A DNA stretch of 64,000 nucleotides from Bigelowiella natans CCMP2755 (GCA_000320545.1 ADNK01001472.1:28382-92381); one strand, 5' to 3'. Numbered from the stretch's first letter, positions 26,578 through 42,068 are shown. A program made the numbers and translations. The notes: generated by a model not told the origin, from the sequence alone.

Positions 26578-28563
26578 TACATATGTTTGTGTGTGCGTGT
26601 GTTTGTTGTATCACGGTAAGCGCAACTTCAGAGGGAGACAGAGAACATCCCTATTCAAATAAATTTGTGAAGTACATATTGCTATTACTTTCGCTCATCA
26701 GCTCCAAGTTTGGCCAGAATCACATCTACGGTGACCCCTCCATACGTCCGAGTTTTTCTTTGCTGTTGCTGATACCTCGTCGTCGTTGTAGCAGATGCTG
26801 ATTGTTTACCTAAAATTGAGAATAATAGGTATGAAAAGATGACAACTGTTTGAAGCCATTGTAATATGTTGCTTTCTACCATTAACTTCTGCTTTGATTA
26901 AAGGTGGCGAAGGAGGTTGCTCCTTTGCTTTCGAATTGCCCTCGTCCATCTTGAGAATTTCTTCCGCCTCTTTGACAGCCGCAGTACTAATAACAAAGTG
27001 CTGATTGATACTGGCACTCTGACGACTATGATGACGATTGCCATCCTCGTTCTCCTTGTCATTATGAAGTTGGTGTTGGAACGGGGAACTGACTTCTCTT
27101 ACACCATCCTTATTATCAACGTTGCCAACATTCTTTTCCCGATTTAGTTGTTGAAAGCCCTTCCTCTCACTTCCCCCCTGATTATCTGCTTGCAAACTCT
27201 CCAGCGGCAGGTGGGACTTTTTGGTATCATCCATATCTTCATCTCCGGATTGATGCTGATCTCGGAGCATAGTGGCACCATTTTTCAATTCGCCATTCGC
27301 TGCATGTTCAGCTTCAGTCTCCACATTTTCCTCTCCTTCTTTTCCCCAAGCGAATCTTCTTTTATTTATCTTTCTGTCCTTTCCAAAGTTAGTGCCATCC
27401 AACTTCTCATCGTTTCTGATGCTTGCGCTATTTTGCTTCCATACTGAACCTTCGCCATTATGCAAGTCTGTCGCACACATAAGAAAAACATACGTATCGG
27501 AGATTGATTGATTTATTTATTCTTAGGAACAAGCAATAACATGGTCCTACTACTATCACCACACAACAGAGTCAAAGAAATCCAGAAGCATATACCACTT
27601 CTGTTTATACTCTCGCAAAAATGATGATCTTCCGATGTACTATCATTGCGAGATGACATGCCTGCTGCTGTTGCGTCTGTTGTCTTGACTACTACAGCAT
27701 CTTCCACGACTTCCACCACTGAAGCTGGATTCGCAAGATGGGCTTTAAGATCTGGTAACTTTTTATGGAGGGTGTTAATGAGCAACCCTTGATCAGTTTC
27801 ACTGGCAGCGGAGTTGACAATAAATACAAATTGGGGTGTGAATCGGTTGTAGAGAGCCTGAGGAATCAATAATAGTAGCAAGGAACATAAATCGTCGTAA
27901 GGAGATAGAAGATATCTTCAATGGAATTTTCATCAAACTCATCGTTCTCCATTAAGTTATCGAATCGACCAATTTACAAAAAGAAAACCGCTCATCAAAG
28001 ACTCAAACACTTTTAGTTTAACTTACTAAGACAATTATTTGTGGAGAAATGTATAGTCGCAACATGGAAAGGCATGTCGCGGTGTCTATCGGTTTCCCCT
28101 TTGTTCTAGCATCACTTACGACCGAGACGAATACGGACAAAAGAAACGCCCCGGAGATACAGTGTGCTGGCATCATGCAACAATTAGTTCATAATAATCA
28201 TGTGCATTATTTCATTACAGCAAGGAGGTTTATGGCTGGAATCTTCAAGGGATTTGCTCCTGGCCGTGCTTGTCGCAAGCAACGTGTCGCCGCAGACACG
28301 GATGATTTCATATTTCCCTGAAAAACGTACACAAACACGCAGTATCATGTAAGTTTATACTCTCGGGACGCATACCCCCCCCTCCTCCCCCCACGAAAAC
28401 CCTTCTTAACAAAGGAAATAATAACACCGGAATTCTAAAGAAGGCTGGGAAAGAAGACGTGAGTCGGGCAAGGGTATCCATAGCTGCCGAACGAGCCTGG
28501 TGATAAATTTAAGAGATTTTAGCGTCAAGATTCTATCTGCCTGACATACTATGCAGGACTAGT

Positions 28564-28622
<59 letters not shown>

Positions 28623-28813
28623 CCTGAGGTCCCCTGGAACCTGCCACACGGACAAGGGAAGGCAAAACCTGTGCGCCGACTTCATCGAGAAGGGATTCGA
28701 ACCCCACACCTGCAGCTCGACGAATAGCGAGCCGGGAATCTTGCACGCGGGGTAGAAGCTTGACCAACAGCCGATCTAGATAAGGCACGATATCTCCTGC
28801 TAGACACCTGAAG

Positions 28814-28850
<37 letters not shown>

Positions 28851-31596
28851 CAGACAGACAGTGGGAAAGAAGAAACGGAAAGAGCGAAATTTATGATTCT
28901 CGGTGCTTTATCACTCATATACATTTTAAAAAATACATGTATATAAAGAGAGCAACGAATAGTCGGGAAATCATCTACATTACCTTGTCATTGCAACAAA
29001 ACACGAGAGAGTTGTCACAGCAACTTTTTGATGGGGATCTGCCAATCTACCCTCGAACAGTTTCACCAAAGACCCTGCATGCCTACTCGGCAGATGTAGT
29101 CCGCTGCTGTGTGCATTCAGCAGAGCTTCTCCAAGCCCCGAGAAACATCGAACCTGTTATGTCATTTATCATAGAAATAGCATTGTAAAGACCAGCGAGA
29201 ATAGAGATCAAGATTTATAGAAGTACATGTACAAATATGATACTTTATTATTACACCTTCTCAGCCCAGTCATTCGCTTGTAACGCATACTCGATCCATC
29301 TCTTCACTGCCGCCGCAGGATTACTATTTCCTGCCGCTCCAGTGCTATCAAAGGAAAGAAGTATTCAATGGAAGATGGAGAAGTATGTCGTTGCTACGTG
29401 TTCGTTCATTATTTCTACGTCCACATGATGATGGTAATTAGAATATACCTCTCGGTACTTCCGCCTAATGATTTGCTGGTTTTGATATTGGATGGAGACG
29501 CAAGTTTCGCATTTGGATGCGAGGAAACCGTGTTGGTTGTGTCTGCATGGCTGTGAAGATTAGGCATTGAAGCTTTTCGTATAACGGTAGATCGCTGCTG
29601 CTTCCGCCGAGCGCTGCTCGCCTTCGGAGAAAGTTTGCGCATTACGTGCGCTTTGGTTTCAGCGTCCACATCTAAATTTAATTCCGTGTTGACACTCACA
29701 CGTGATGCACCCCCACCGAGCGCCGTTTTTGTGGTAACCTGTTTCTTGTGTAGAGAGACCGTCGATTTGACGTGTCGCAAGGGCGCTCGTTGAGCACCAC
29801 CCAAACCCACTTGTGGGTTATTATTCCGTTTTTGAGGCACCTTACTCTTCGTATCATTTCGTGCATTTATAGGAGATGATGATCTAGCACCGCTATTGGT
29901 GTCTTCCTTGTTCCATGTCGCAGCATGTTTAATGTGCCTAGGGGAAGAAGTGCCTTTCTTTTTTGTAGCTCTATCCATCCTTTGGATTGTGCTTCCAGGA
30001 GACTTTCTTAATTTTCCAGCTGTTTCTTAATGTGGACCCGACAAATACCGACGAGATTATGGAAAATTAGGTAAATAAAATCTGCAGCAAATACTACGAA
30101 AAAAACATTAAGCTCTTCTAAACAACCAAATTTTGATCACTCGCCTACTCAGTATCACAGCACAGCAACCTGCTGTAGAGTCGGAGGTTCGACTTGGAGT
30201 GGGCCATGTACCACCTGTTGTTGTTACACGTTTGGGCGAGGAGGCTAGTTTCATCTGAGGGTTAGTGGCATTCTTCTGCCGCCGGGTAATAGGGACGTTG
30301 GATGTGTGGAGATCCAGACTAGCCGCATGACGATGTGAAGAGAAGGATTTTGGCGGCTTAATAGAACTGGATTTAATTTCTGATTCGTCCAAAAGACGCT
30401 GAATAATATATTGCTTTTATTCAGTACCACTACAATGAAAGATTTATGGGATTTTACTATCATCGACCTTAATTTTGGGGTCCAAATCTGCAGCTAGATA
30501 TTCAGCTCTGGAAGGCCACCGAACAGCCAAAGCTTTGAAGCACTGTCTTGCCGCAGCTCTCACAGGGCCTGATGCGTCTGTCAAACGAGGCTTAAGCAGC
30601 TCTTCAACCTAAAAGGATATTTTAAATGAATTCCACATCCACAAAATGAGTCTTTATATGTGGGCTATTTTGTTGCATGACCGTTGAAAGACGCTTTGTT
30701 AGGTCAGTTGGGCTATGACGTAGGAGGATTGTCAAATAGTCGAGGCTCTTCTCTCTCACAGCGGGGGCCTTTGCCGTTCCCATATCAAATATCTGGAAAT
30801 AAATACAAAAACCCGAAACTAAGCTGCAACCAGTCATCGTATAAAGACTCATACTGTATATTACCTTTTGCACGGCACGGCGAGGGCAGCGAGTATTCCG
30901 TAGCAAACAATTCATGCATCGGTTTGCTGATTCTGACATAACCTTTGAACACACCAAAAGTACAAAAATTCCAACAAATAATAAATATTTAGTTAGGGTA
31001 GTTCTAACCTGCTATAAATGGATGATAGCAAATATGGGTACACTCTCAATGTAAGATTCTAAACTCTGCTGTTTATTACAATGGAACGTTTCATCCTACC
31101 TGGATTTTGACACAGTTCAGTCGGGAAAGGACAGGTATTACAAACTCCATAATAGGCTCCATACGATTCCGAATTATGCTATTAAATATTGAAGTTATAA
31201 ACATATCCTTACCTCCCATCTTTTTCTCTAATTAAGGTCAAGCAAAACTGATCATGTTAAGACACAAACAGGTGTGAAATTGTTCATTGTGCGACCAGGA
31301 TATGTAGCTCAGTATGGCACAAGTATGTTTGACCACTGAAGATCTTAGGTCCTGTAACTGCTCCACCAATGAATCTACATAAAGCACATATAGAACAGGA
31401 TACTAATTATTAACTGCGAATAAGATTTAATTTATAAATGAACTACTTTTTAGCTTGAGAAAGAGTGGTGAAAAGTTGTCCAAATCATGTGCGCCACCCA
31501 TCACTAAACCTCCTAGACGGTTCAATGCCTTTATCCGCTATAAGAATTGAAACTCATCAATTAGAATGAACCAAGACAAACACAAACACCAACACG

Positions 31597-31666
<70 letters not shown>

Positions 31667-33270
31667 ATATGGGGAATCAACCACCAGAAAGTAAAATGAA
31701 AATTAAAGAAGTAAAAGAACCTCATTCCAGTCCTTATTCCGGACGTCGCTTAAAGTACTTAAAATCTAATATTACAGAAGAAATTCAAATGAGAGAGATC
31801 AAACTGAAGGACACGGGTTTCTACCATATCCATTTCTTCAGAAAGCTCTTTCTCGGTATATACGCTGACAACCTCAACTCCATTGGGGATAGAAGCTGTG
31901 TTGATATCAGTGTCAGATACTGTCTGTTGGTTAGCTTTGGTGGTATCCCCTTGGGTATTTGGAGAAATTTTCCTACTAGAACTCTGCCTCCGATGCTTAC
32001 GAATGCGGGACTGAGTGGATGATGACGAAGAGGACTTTGCTGACGATCGCTTGGACATTGGCACCTTAATCTCAGAGAACAGCTTTTTAATTGTGCTTCG
32101 CGTCTGAGGAATAAAGAAGATAAGATATACTATCTTCTGGGTGTACGGGCCGGAAAATATGGTAAGAACGATGCGAACATGGAGGGAGGATATGCAAAAG
32201 CGAGAGAAAAGACGGAAGTGACCTTGGGTTTAATTTGCAGAGTGTTCAGAATTGCTCGAACATGTGTATTTGATCTGATATACATGCTGCAAATTGCTCT
32301 CATAGCGGCATCCCTGACTTCGGAGCTGCCATCTTCGAGCAATCGTACTGAATGAGGGACTAACATTTCAGCAACTTTCTTGTCCAAGGGATATTTCTCT
32401 ACTCCCTGATATATTGAATTTCATTGGGTAGAGTCAAGGGCAAAAGCTAAATTAGAAATCAGAGTCACTTCAGCAAACCTTAGATGCCACGGCAAGTAGT
32501 CCTTCCTTTACTAACGGTGCTTTGTATGATTCCAGAGGTTTCTCAAAGCTCTGAAGCACTTCCGTTGAGGTTCCTGACGCGGTCATTATAGCCAACAGCG
32601 CCTCGTTGGCTTGAGTTCTAACCTTCTGCTTCAGATCCCCAAGCCGCTCTATTATTTGAGGGATGATCGTAGTTACGTGTGCTATTGAGCCGGGCCCGAT
32701 GGTAACGCACAATTCCCCAAGGCACCGAAGTGCTGTTTGTAAAACTTTCGCGTTTCGAGACCTAAGGAACATCTTGTAATCGGCCAGCACAGCTATGGCG
32801 TTTGGATCGGAACTCTGATATCAATTTCTTTAATAAGTTACAGGTGAATATGGACACGTTATTTTACTAACTTAATTTTCTTTGTTATCCCACAATCAAA
32901 ATTTATATTTCAAGAAATAAAAGCAACGAACAATAGCATGCAAATAATTTATTCTGAATTCGATTTTACTCGAATTTGTTTTTCCTCCAGGCAACTTTCC
33001 AATAGTTTCAATGAGGTGGTTAGCCCTTTGCTGCCTAATAGCGGGAGAACCCGTATTGATTTGAAGGTGACGGAAAGATTCTCACCACAGAATATCGTAG
33101 TTCTATAACACTGTTCCCATCTCCCTCCCCATTCTTTGTATATATTTTTTTGGTAATCGCTAGATTCCAACCGCATTTCTTAATTCTATGTGCGATTACT
33201 TTCGTTGTGAGATAATTGCCTAGGTACAATGATCTTTACCTTGCTCCATGGAATTAAGAACCTCCTCCAT
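24295..33270 (-). CDS. CLASP: CLIP-associating protein (CLASP), TOG/HEAT microtubule regulator; >20 exons
   Basis: TOG1 (IIERLGDLKQKVR, LLEDGSSEVRDAAM), TOG2/CLASP_N (RIKALNRLGGLVMGG, QDLRSSVVKHTC), S/R-rich linker (29415-30392), TOG3 (RLADPHQKV, LLPRVQDSRLAIR) and C-terminal domain ending HLSGLKDSQRRLIKIY / VEKTAK...STN*. Confidence 0.88.
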
Positions 33271-34181
33271 CTTGATTTGACTAGGTTTGCCAATTCGAAT
33301 GAACACTAGGGATTTATGCAGGTATGGTCCATCAAGGAAGCCACCACGTTGTCGTTGGATTATCGCAACCCAGCTACCACTTTTCAGTCGCAGATGTAGC
33401 ACAGAAACTGAATGAATTTGAAGAATACAGCACTTTTTACAAATATTAATTGAAGAAGATCTGAAAAACTGGTGGCTAGTCCAGAGCACAGTGACAACCA
33501 GAAACAATTCCTGGTGATGAACTCGAAGTGTGAGGTTTTCTACTCGGAGACAAAGGATATCATGAAGGTTTTGTCTTGAATCAGTTCCATTTTCGCTCGT
33601 TAGTATATTTCAGCAGGACGGAATAAATCGGCAAACAGTTTTTTCCACAAAACCCAGGGGCACAAGGAAAGATCTTGTCGTAATTTAGAAAAATCCAGCA
33701 ATTTCCACATTGAACACCAAAGGCAACCAGGTTCGAAGATCGCGGGAAAGGGTATCGCTAACGAACATCTGAGCGTTTAACACGTTCACTTATTTTTACA
33801 GAAGTATCACTAATTTTGAGCGTGGCGTTCGAAGTCCTTTTCGGTAAAAAAGTCCTTCATCTCACTTACAGGTGCAAAATAGGGGGTTAAATTAACATGC
33901 TAAACCCTTGGCAAAGTCTGAAAAAAAAAATAGATGTCCAAAATTTAACGATAATAAAAAATCTACTTATTTTCTCGCCTCCTGGTTACATGTATTATTT
34001 TTGGCGTTCTTATTGTTGGCAAATCCTTCTCTCCCCAAGCCCAATTTCAGTTATACTTCAACTTCACTGAACTCTACCCCAATCGGTAAGTTGTGTGATT
34101 CCTTCAGGGGATGGACACAATCAAACGCGATAACATAAAATATTTCTAGTTTTTGCTTGCATATTAGAGCATACGTCCGTG

Positions 34182-34224
<43 letters not shown>

Positions 34225-34291
34225 TGTGTGTGAAGATGAAAGGGGGGAATGACTTATCTTGAATCCTTTGCAGGAAGCTGCTTTGAAGGAA

Positions 34292-36198
34292 ATGACCAGT
34301 CCAACCTCAAACATCGAGGATCTACAGGATATAGTAGCGAAGGCTCTCGAGGCCAAGGGGGTGCTATCCAAGCTCCGGGTAAAATCGAATTCAAATGATA
34401 TTCCAGAAGAAAAGAATAGAGTGCTGTAATTATTGCAGGCGGAGCTCCGGAAACATGTATTTGAGGTAATGGAAGAACAGGAAAAAAATGAGATGAAGGG
34501 CGACAAAACTATGCAAAACGATAGCGTTGTCGCGGAGCTCTTAGAAACAAAAGAGGGCCAAATGGCAGCCTCGCTTGTTATGGACTTTCTGAAAACTTGC
34601 CAGCTAGACCATACCCTCACTGTGTTCAAGTCAGAAGCAAATTTAAAAGATAACCCCAGGATACTACCAAAAGAGGTATAGACCACTTGCACTTGTCGGT
34701 GGTGGTTTCAGGACCAGAAATTTCAAATCGTTCGTCCGTGAATTCCAGTACCTTCTGCTGGAAAAATCATTTAATAGAACATTTGATTCACCTGTTACGA
34801 AAATAGGAATTAGCAAGTGCAATGGGTGTCTCGGATGGGCAAGATTCAAGGCCTTTGATACTTTCGTGCTTTGAGGGAAAGGGCTCAAGCGAAGCTCTTT
34901 CTAAGACAATGAGTAGCAAAGCTCTCTCCTCGCAGTTAGATAAGAGTAAGCATGAGAAGCTACTATTACATTTTGTATCCATTGACATTCTGTATTGTGA
35001 CAGTTAAGGATCCCAGCGATCCAACTGAAAGCAGCCCTTCTCCAAAAAGAACGGAAAAGAAAGACACCGTTGTTGTGTCCAAACCTTCGCCATTAGGGAA
35101 CTTACCATCCTTGGGAAGGTGTTGCTACATCAAGGAATAATCGATATACAATCATCCTCAATCGATCCTCGCTATTAAAAGAAACAAAAAAGTTTAAACC
35201 AAAAAACAGAATCCAAAATCGATAAAAACTACAGATTTGAACATCCTGTCTTCCAACAGGTCAAAGCTTGGAGGCCTTCCAACCCTTAAACCATTGGGAG
35301 GAGCAGGGAAGGGTCTTGCACCTATAAAGGTGGGTAGGTGTTTAGGATTGTTTACTACATCCATTATCACAGATCGAGAAACACGATTTGCAGAAAGAAA
35401 TGATTACTTTGGATTAATTTTAATCAGAAGGGCGGACTGAAAGCCGATCCAATTATATCGGCTGCTGCTCCTGCTGCAGAAACACAGCAAAAACCTGTCG
35501 ATAACAACGATACAAAGTATTTTTAAAAAATAAACGATAAAGAGAAAATAGAAATTGAGAATCACCACATTAGGAAATTTACATTCTCATCATATCCTTG
35601 CTTCCTCCAATCCCCCCCCCCAAATAGTGACTTTGATGACGACATTCAAGATTACGATGACGAGATTCCAGACGAGGATAATATTGATATTGACGATGGA
35701 GGGGACTGGGATGCTGAAAATTATCAAGGTTGATGTTGTTTTAGGATTCCTTAGAATCAACTTAAAGAGGAGCAATGTTCTCCAAACCTGGAAAAGAAGT
35801 GTGGCGATTATAGATCGGGCAAGAGAATGTTTTTCTCGCATATTTTTTCTGGCAAATTAGTTTTATTTCTTTTTGCCCGACATATGCGAAAAAAATCGAT
35901 TTTCTATCTTCTGTTCCCTAGGTGATGAGTATGATCTCGATGCCGATACAGCAAACAAAAGCATACCCATCCCTTTTTGCGAGGATGCAATAGTAGAGGA
36001 TGAAAATGAAGCTTTCAACGGATATCATTACGTAGAGAGAAGTGAAAGCTAGTGATGATACCTGCTGCTGTCCCATATTGTGGTCATATCTATTCAGTAC
36101 CCGCATTTACATACGAATAATGACTGAATTCGATTATATTCTACACAGAGAGCGCTGAGTACGAACCTGATGCTGGCGATGACGATGATCCATTCTAA
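34292..36198 (+). CDS. CEP43: FGFR1OP/CEP43 (TON1-like) centrosomal protein with LisH/FOP dimerisation domain
   Basis: DLQDIVAKALEAKGVLSKLR / AELRKHVFEVM...EGQMAASLVMDFLKTCQLDHTLTVFKSEA, then LGNLPSL/LGGLPTL repeats and an acidic tail. The last exon is ambiguous (stop at ~36052 or 36198). Confidence 0.85.
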
Positions 36199-36916
36199 AC
36201 TTTCCGAGCCAACTTTGTATGAGTCTATGCCTCTAGTCGCATGTACGACCGCCAACATTCAAGCTAATGTAATATTGACTATAACGATAATTGCTTTGCG
36301 TGCAAAGGGTCGCTCCATCCATCTCGATGTAATTTTAATGAGGAATCACACTTAATATTAGAATACCATGTCTCTCCACGTAGCACCATTAATGGCAGGG
36401 CATGCAGGCGGTGAATCCAACGATGCACATGCATGCAGCACATGCGCGCGCTCGCAAGCAATTTTTGCTTTGAATTGTCATGACAGAGGGGAAGTTGCAT
36501 TTGTTCGACATCATCGTACATTGCGCATTGTGCAGATCGCAACTAGAAGCTACCAAATGATGATGATCCATTGGCCTGCCTACGACACACATTGCAAGAT
36601 GCAAACATCAAGTTGCCCCCACAGTCTACTAGCTAGTACGTAGTGCTGGGGAGCAAGCATGTCGAATAATCGCCAAAATTGTGTCAGTTCGACTTGTCAG
36701 CTTTGCATAGCATTGTATTTTTGGAGCAGGGCAGTGGGCAAATCCATGGAAGAAGGTGCAAAAAGCGACACGGTCGATCTGCTGCTATCCAGCCATTATT
36801 CGTGGGCATCTGTTGCTCCAGTCCACAGCAGTACGTAGCGAATTGCGTGCATGCAGCATTCATCAGTGGCTCCATGTAGCCATTCACTTTGCTAGTAGTT
36901 CGATTCAACATTAGGG

Positions 36917-36998
36917 TTAGCGCTGTGGCCGCTGCATTGCACAGCTACATGAGGATGAGCATTGAACAAATTTTATTTAATTGATTGCATCCGTCTTA
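36917..36998. repeat. Dispersed element R2, copy 3
   Basis: AGCGCTGT..GCACAGCTACATGAGGATGAGCATTGA...ATTGCATCCGTCT matches 14568-14650. Confidence 0.8.
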
Positions 36999-37157
36999 CT
37001 TCGAGCACATGGCATATTTAATTTATTCGGCATGTTACACCGCCTATGACACGATGAAGCCTGGCTTATTACCGGTGGTAGCACTTCGACCAGCCCCAAC
37101 TAATAAACAGGATCATTTTGAGATATCACCCTGATAATGACGCATGCAGCTGTAATG

Positions 37158-38405
37158 TCATACACCACACAATCTAGTTTTTGTCCTACAAAGGATATTG
37201 TCGCTCATTTGCCAAATCTTTAGATGTCCATCTCCGCCAACACTAGCGAGTTGCGTTGGGATTTTCGGATTCCATTTAACACAGTGAACATCCCTAGCGT
37301 GGGCATTATGTTTGACACATACAATTTTAAGGGAATCACCATCTTTCCCTTCCTTTATACTATTCTCCACCGCAATGATGACAATAGAATCATCGCCACG
37401 GCCTATTGCAATAAACCTTCCATCAGAAGACCAATCGACAGAGTAGTTTGGATCAAGCTCAGTTCCGGCATTACAAGATAGTTCCGTTGATTTACTATAT
37501 TGCGGTAGAACAACCGACGATGTTGATTTCCAGAGGATCACTCTACCTTCTGCATCAACCGATACGAATCTACTGCCATTATTATTCGGTTCAAATACAA
37601 CACTCCAAACACAAGATCTATGTCCACCATGCTGCTCCCCAAGACTCTGACTTAAAATCCATCGAGGATGATAATTATTCTCGTCATCTCCTCCTCCTCC
37701 TCCTCCTCCTTCGTCTTCGTAGATATCGTTGTCACTTATTGTGTTTTCCTCCTCACCCGGAAACGGTAACGATACAGCAGCAGCCCCCGAGCATCGTCGT
37801 TCTTTTGGGATCCATAGTCTTTAAAATTTCGAGTAAGGAAAATATAGATATCTCATATTCAAACACAGGAGGTTTATACATTTACTGAATTACCTACCCC
37901 CCCATTTCCCTTTCCCCCCCACCCTCTGTTTGGCGCTGTGTGCGTGAGAAAGTATTTAATTGATACCGTATTGTGGCATCATAACTGGAGGAAGCTACCA
38001 ATGGCAGACAAGGGTGAAATCGCACGCATTTGACGTCCTGAGTTGTTCATACAAACTTTATAACAACGACGATATATATATATATATAATAAATATTTGT
38101 GTATCCCAAAGTATAAATGCGCGCGTGTGTGGTGTGTGGTGTTTCTGTCTGTGAGGGCTTCATTTCCCTAATAAGGTATACTACTACTACTACTACTGCT
38201 ACTACTACTACTATCACGTCGGTAGCAGCAGCATCAGCAGCACAACCCCTATTAGTAGGCCCCATCACCGAAATAATAATGCACCTGATGGTGTCCTTCT
38301 AGGATATCTAGACATGAAAAGTCATTGTTTTCTGCGTCTGCATCCCACACCTACTCGATCAGCGCAGCAAGAGCACACGTGTGTATGTTCTCTCTCTCTC
38401 TCTCT

Positions 38406-38444
<39 letters not shown>

Positions 38445-38445
38445 T

Positions 38446-38481
<36 letters not shown>

Positions 38482-39672
38482 TGAGTGTTCGAAATCTGGG
38501 TGGTGCACCGTGTATGAAAGTGTATTAAATGCAAATAATCCTCTCTCATTCAGTATAACCTTTGCAAAATTACAGCTGGTGTATAATACACTAAATCAAA
38601 AGCTCTATATAACATACACTATTATTCTAATGCTGGACGGTAACTACTCCTCTCAGTGCCACTTAAGTTCTGTTTCTCTTCTTCTTCTCCTTCATTTTAG
38701 TGTGTATTATTTTGTTATACATTTAATGGTGGATGATGATGATGATGATAATGATGATGATGATGAGTAATTTCAATGATAATAGGGTATTATTATTTTA
38801 ATTACACACTACCCATGCGGTTCTATCCCGAGCACACGATACAAGTTTCCTGCTGGTGCCCCTTTGAGGCGACCACATTACACTTTTTACCTCTATTGGA
38901 TCAACATTTGGCAGAAAGATGGCGGACAAGAGATCAGAGTGCAAAAACAACAACAACTACTACTACTACTACTACTACTACAGCATCGTTTCATTCTGAA
39001 GTGTGCAGAAGCAAATACACAACGACAACAACAACAACTACTACTACTACTACTACTACAGCATCGTTATCATTCTGAAGTGTGAAGAAGCAAATACACA
39101 ACAACAACAACATGGAGAGTACAATTTCTTCTGCAAAGATAGTGTCCAAAGCGTTTACAATCATTATCATCCAAGGGGAAGTGATGATGTATAGAGACCA
39201 GCATCGTGTCATCATTATTAACATTATGTCCTCACCGTCGCTATCACCATCATCATCATTATCATCATCATCATCATCATCAACAACAACAACAACAGTA
39301 GCTAAAGGATCTTCACAATCATCAACATGACACCAAGATATTGACCGTTTTCGTGTCCTTCTAGAATCGCAAAGCATTCCCAAAAAGAGGAGGAAGAAGA
39401 AGAAGAAGAAGAAGTTGTTGTCTGGTGGTGGCTCATCAGCATGTTACTACTACTACTACTACTACTACTACTACGTCGGTAAATGCTAACACGAGCATCA
39501 AATCCCGCTGCGGCAAGATATTCCCTAAAGAGCAGAGTCCACATCATACAGGATCGATGTTTCGTGTGTAATTGTGTGTGTGTATAAGTGTAAGTGTGTA
39601 AGTGTGTACATGTGTAAGTGGGCACTAAACACATTTATATCCATGTATCTTTTACTGATATCCATAAATATG

Positions 39673-39739
<67 letters not shown>

Positions 39740-40412
39740 ATTTACTTACCCGCATGGAGACCAATCAACACACCGTACTGTTCGATCATGGTGCTGTAGG
39801 ATGTGATGATGATGATGATGATGATGACGATGATGATGATGTGTGTTATCGGATAGATAGAAAGAAGAAGAAAAGGGCTAAAAAGGAGGATTCTAGATAA
39901 AATACTCTTCTTTATTAGTAATATTACCCCGAATAGGGTCTCCTTTAACAACCAATCCTCCTCCTCCTCCTTCTTCTTCTCTACCTCCTCATAATTCACC
40001 CACGAACCAAGCTATGATAAAAGAAGACTAATAAGGATAAAGCTATAAAAGGAAGGGCCCAGATTGTTGGGAGGCCGAAGTGATGATGATGATGACGAGA
40101 ATGGAGTTGATGTACTTCTCTTCTTAGCGAAACTATTATTTCGTCCACTGTTCAAGCTACTTCTACCATCTTTTGTGCTGCAGGAACTAACTATATGTGA
40201 CTACTACTACTACTACTACTACTACTAACTCAGAACAACCTCTTGGCTTTTAACTTTCTGTCCTCCTTCAAGATGACATCGCTGCTTTTCAGTCGAGTGA
40301 TGATGATTCGGCAATGCAGACAGCAGTCTTTGCTCCCATATTCGAACCTATTTTTAACCATCGCCATCGTTTCGTGTTGGACACAGCAGTATGCAACTAC
40401 AGAGTTATAGCG

Positions 40413-40443
<31 letters not shown>

Positions 40444-40624
40444 CAACAACAGCAACAACATCGATTAGGATGATTAATCATACCTTCTTATCGCTTCCAC
40501 AGGTAGCTAACAAGTCCCCGCTTGGATGCCAGGCAATGCCCCAGCAACTTTCTCTCTTTTCACTACTACTGGTACTATTGTTGGTGCTTGTGGACGAGAT
40601 GGGACTACTGAGGGCATCATCCAC

Positions 40625-40657
<33 letters not shown>

Positions 40658-41116
40658 CTGCTTACCGGAGTCGTTCCCCATTTTCGCTATCGCTGTAGTT
40701 CTCATCGATCTTCTGCTTGCATCTACCACAGCTTTGTCTTTTACAAAATCAGTTACCACCTTATCAACTAATCTTTCCAGCCTCCTCCAAGGTATTGATC
40801 GTTGCTGTTGTCGATTTGTATAGTCGTCGCCGTGTTTTTTACGGTGCTGGTGCATGTATGATTGCGGCAAAGCACTGCCGTCACCGCCAAGCTGCACCAA
40901 CGGTTCTAGCTTCCAAAATACAGGAAACGCAATGTTGAAAATGATTAGAACGATGAAGGTTGATAGGATTTTCTTCGTCATTTTTCTTCTCCTAGCTTCA
41001 TACCAGTGATGCCTCAAAATAGGACTACCAAAGGGGCTAATAGAGAGCTGCCAGCATACAGCACCACCACCACCAGCAGTACTTTTGTCGCTTCGAATTC
41101 CGCTTGATGCCTCCAT
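37158..41116 (-). CDS. CIAO1: Cytosolic iron-sulfur assembly WD40 protein CIA1
   Basis: Exons ESCWGIAWHPSGDLLATCGSDKK / VRIW, HDRTVRCVDWSPCG / EYLAAAGFD, WECFAILEGHENEVKSVMWSP..VSCARDRTAW / VWD, LEGHHQDVKCVRFHP..ASSSYDATIR and HARDVHCVKWNP. Start uncertain: the open frame extends to 41116, with an alternative ATG at ~40681. Confidence 0.9.
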
Positions 41117-41148
41117 TTTATCCTCTTAATAATACAATACCCTCTCTG

Positions 41149-41205
<57 letters not shown>

Positions 41206-42068
41206 AGGCGGCGGCTCATTGTTTGAGCAACTTTACTTCAATTCTGTGGGGGTGGGTCAACATCTGGACAAAACCCTGAAGTTCTTCCTCTGTGTAGTTA
41301 ATAATTCGGATCACGATGAAAAGAAGTTTACACTCCCCCCCCACACGTCGCAGGCAACGCTGTCGATGTTCATCATCGTTGTGTTCATGATCGGCCCAAC
41401 CGACTAGGATCGAGTTGTTGGCTGTTGTTGTTGTTGTTGTTGTTGTTGTTGCTGCTGCTGTTGCTGTTTTTGCTGCTGCAGCATGATATTGGGCATGTCG
41501 CAATACCAGAATACCACCGTTTTTTGCCATATTTCGTTGCTGCTTCAAAACCCTCTAGACTCCAGTGCATTTGTTACTCATCCATGTTATTGTTTGTTGT
41601 CATTGTTTTCTTTAATAATAAGAATGGTCAATAAATTATCGAAGGTATAACCTAGACTGCTACACACATAAAAATAGTGCACTAACGCGAGGATGGGGAC
41701 AGACACCTGCAGGTTCCACCCATTAAGAATGACAACCAGAGCACGAAGGGCACAGAATCACCAAAACACAATCTAGATACACTAGAACGTGTGTGTGCGT
41801 ATGTACTAGCAGTCAGCTATGATACTACTTGCAAGTAAAATTAAATATGCGAGTGGTGTGTTTTTCACACTGCAAGAAGAAGAAGAAGAAGAAGAAGAAG
41901 AAGAAGAAGAAAGAGCATCATCTACCACAGATCGAACGATACCAGTTGAAAACAGTAGCAAAACGAAAATTACGTAAAGCGATGCCCGGTCCATGAAGGG
42001 AGGAGGAGAAGGAGGAGGAGGAGCTTGGAGGGGACGCAGAGAGAGGAAGGTACTACCTACGTATCCGA

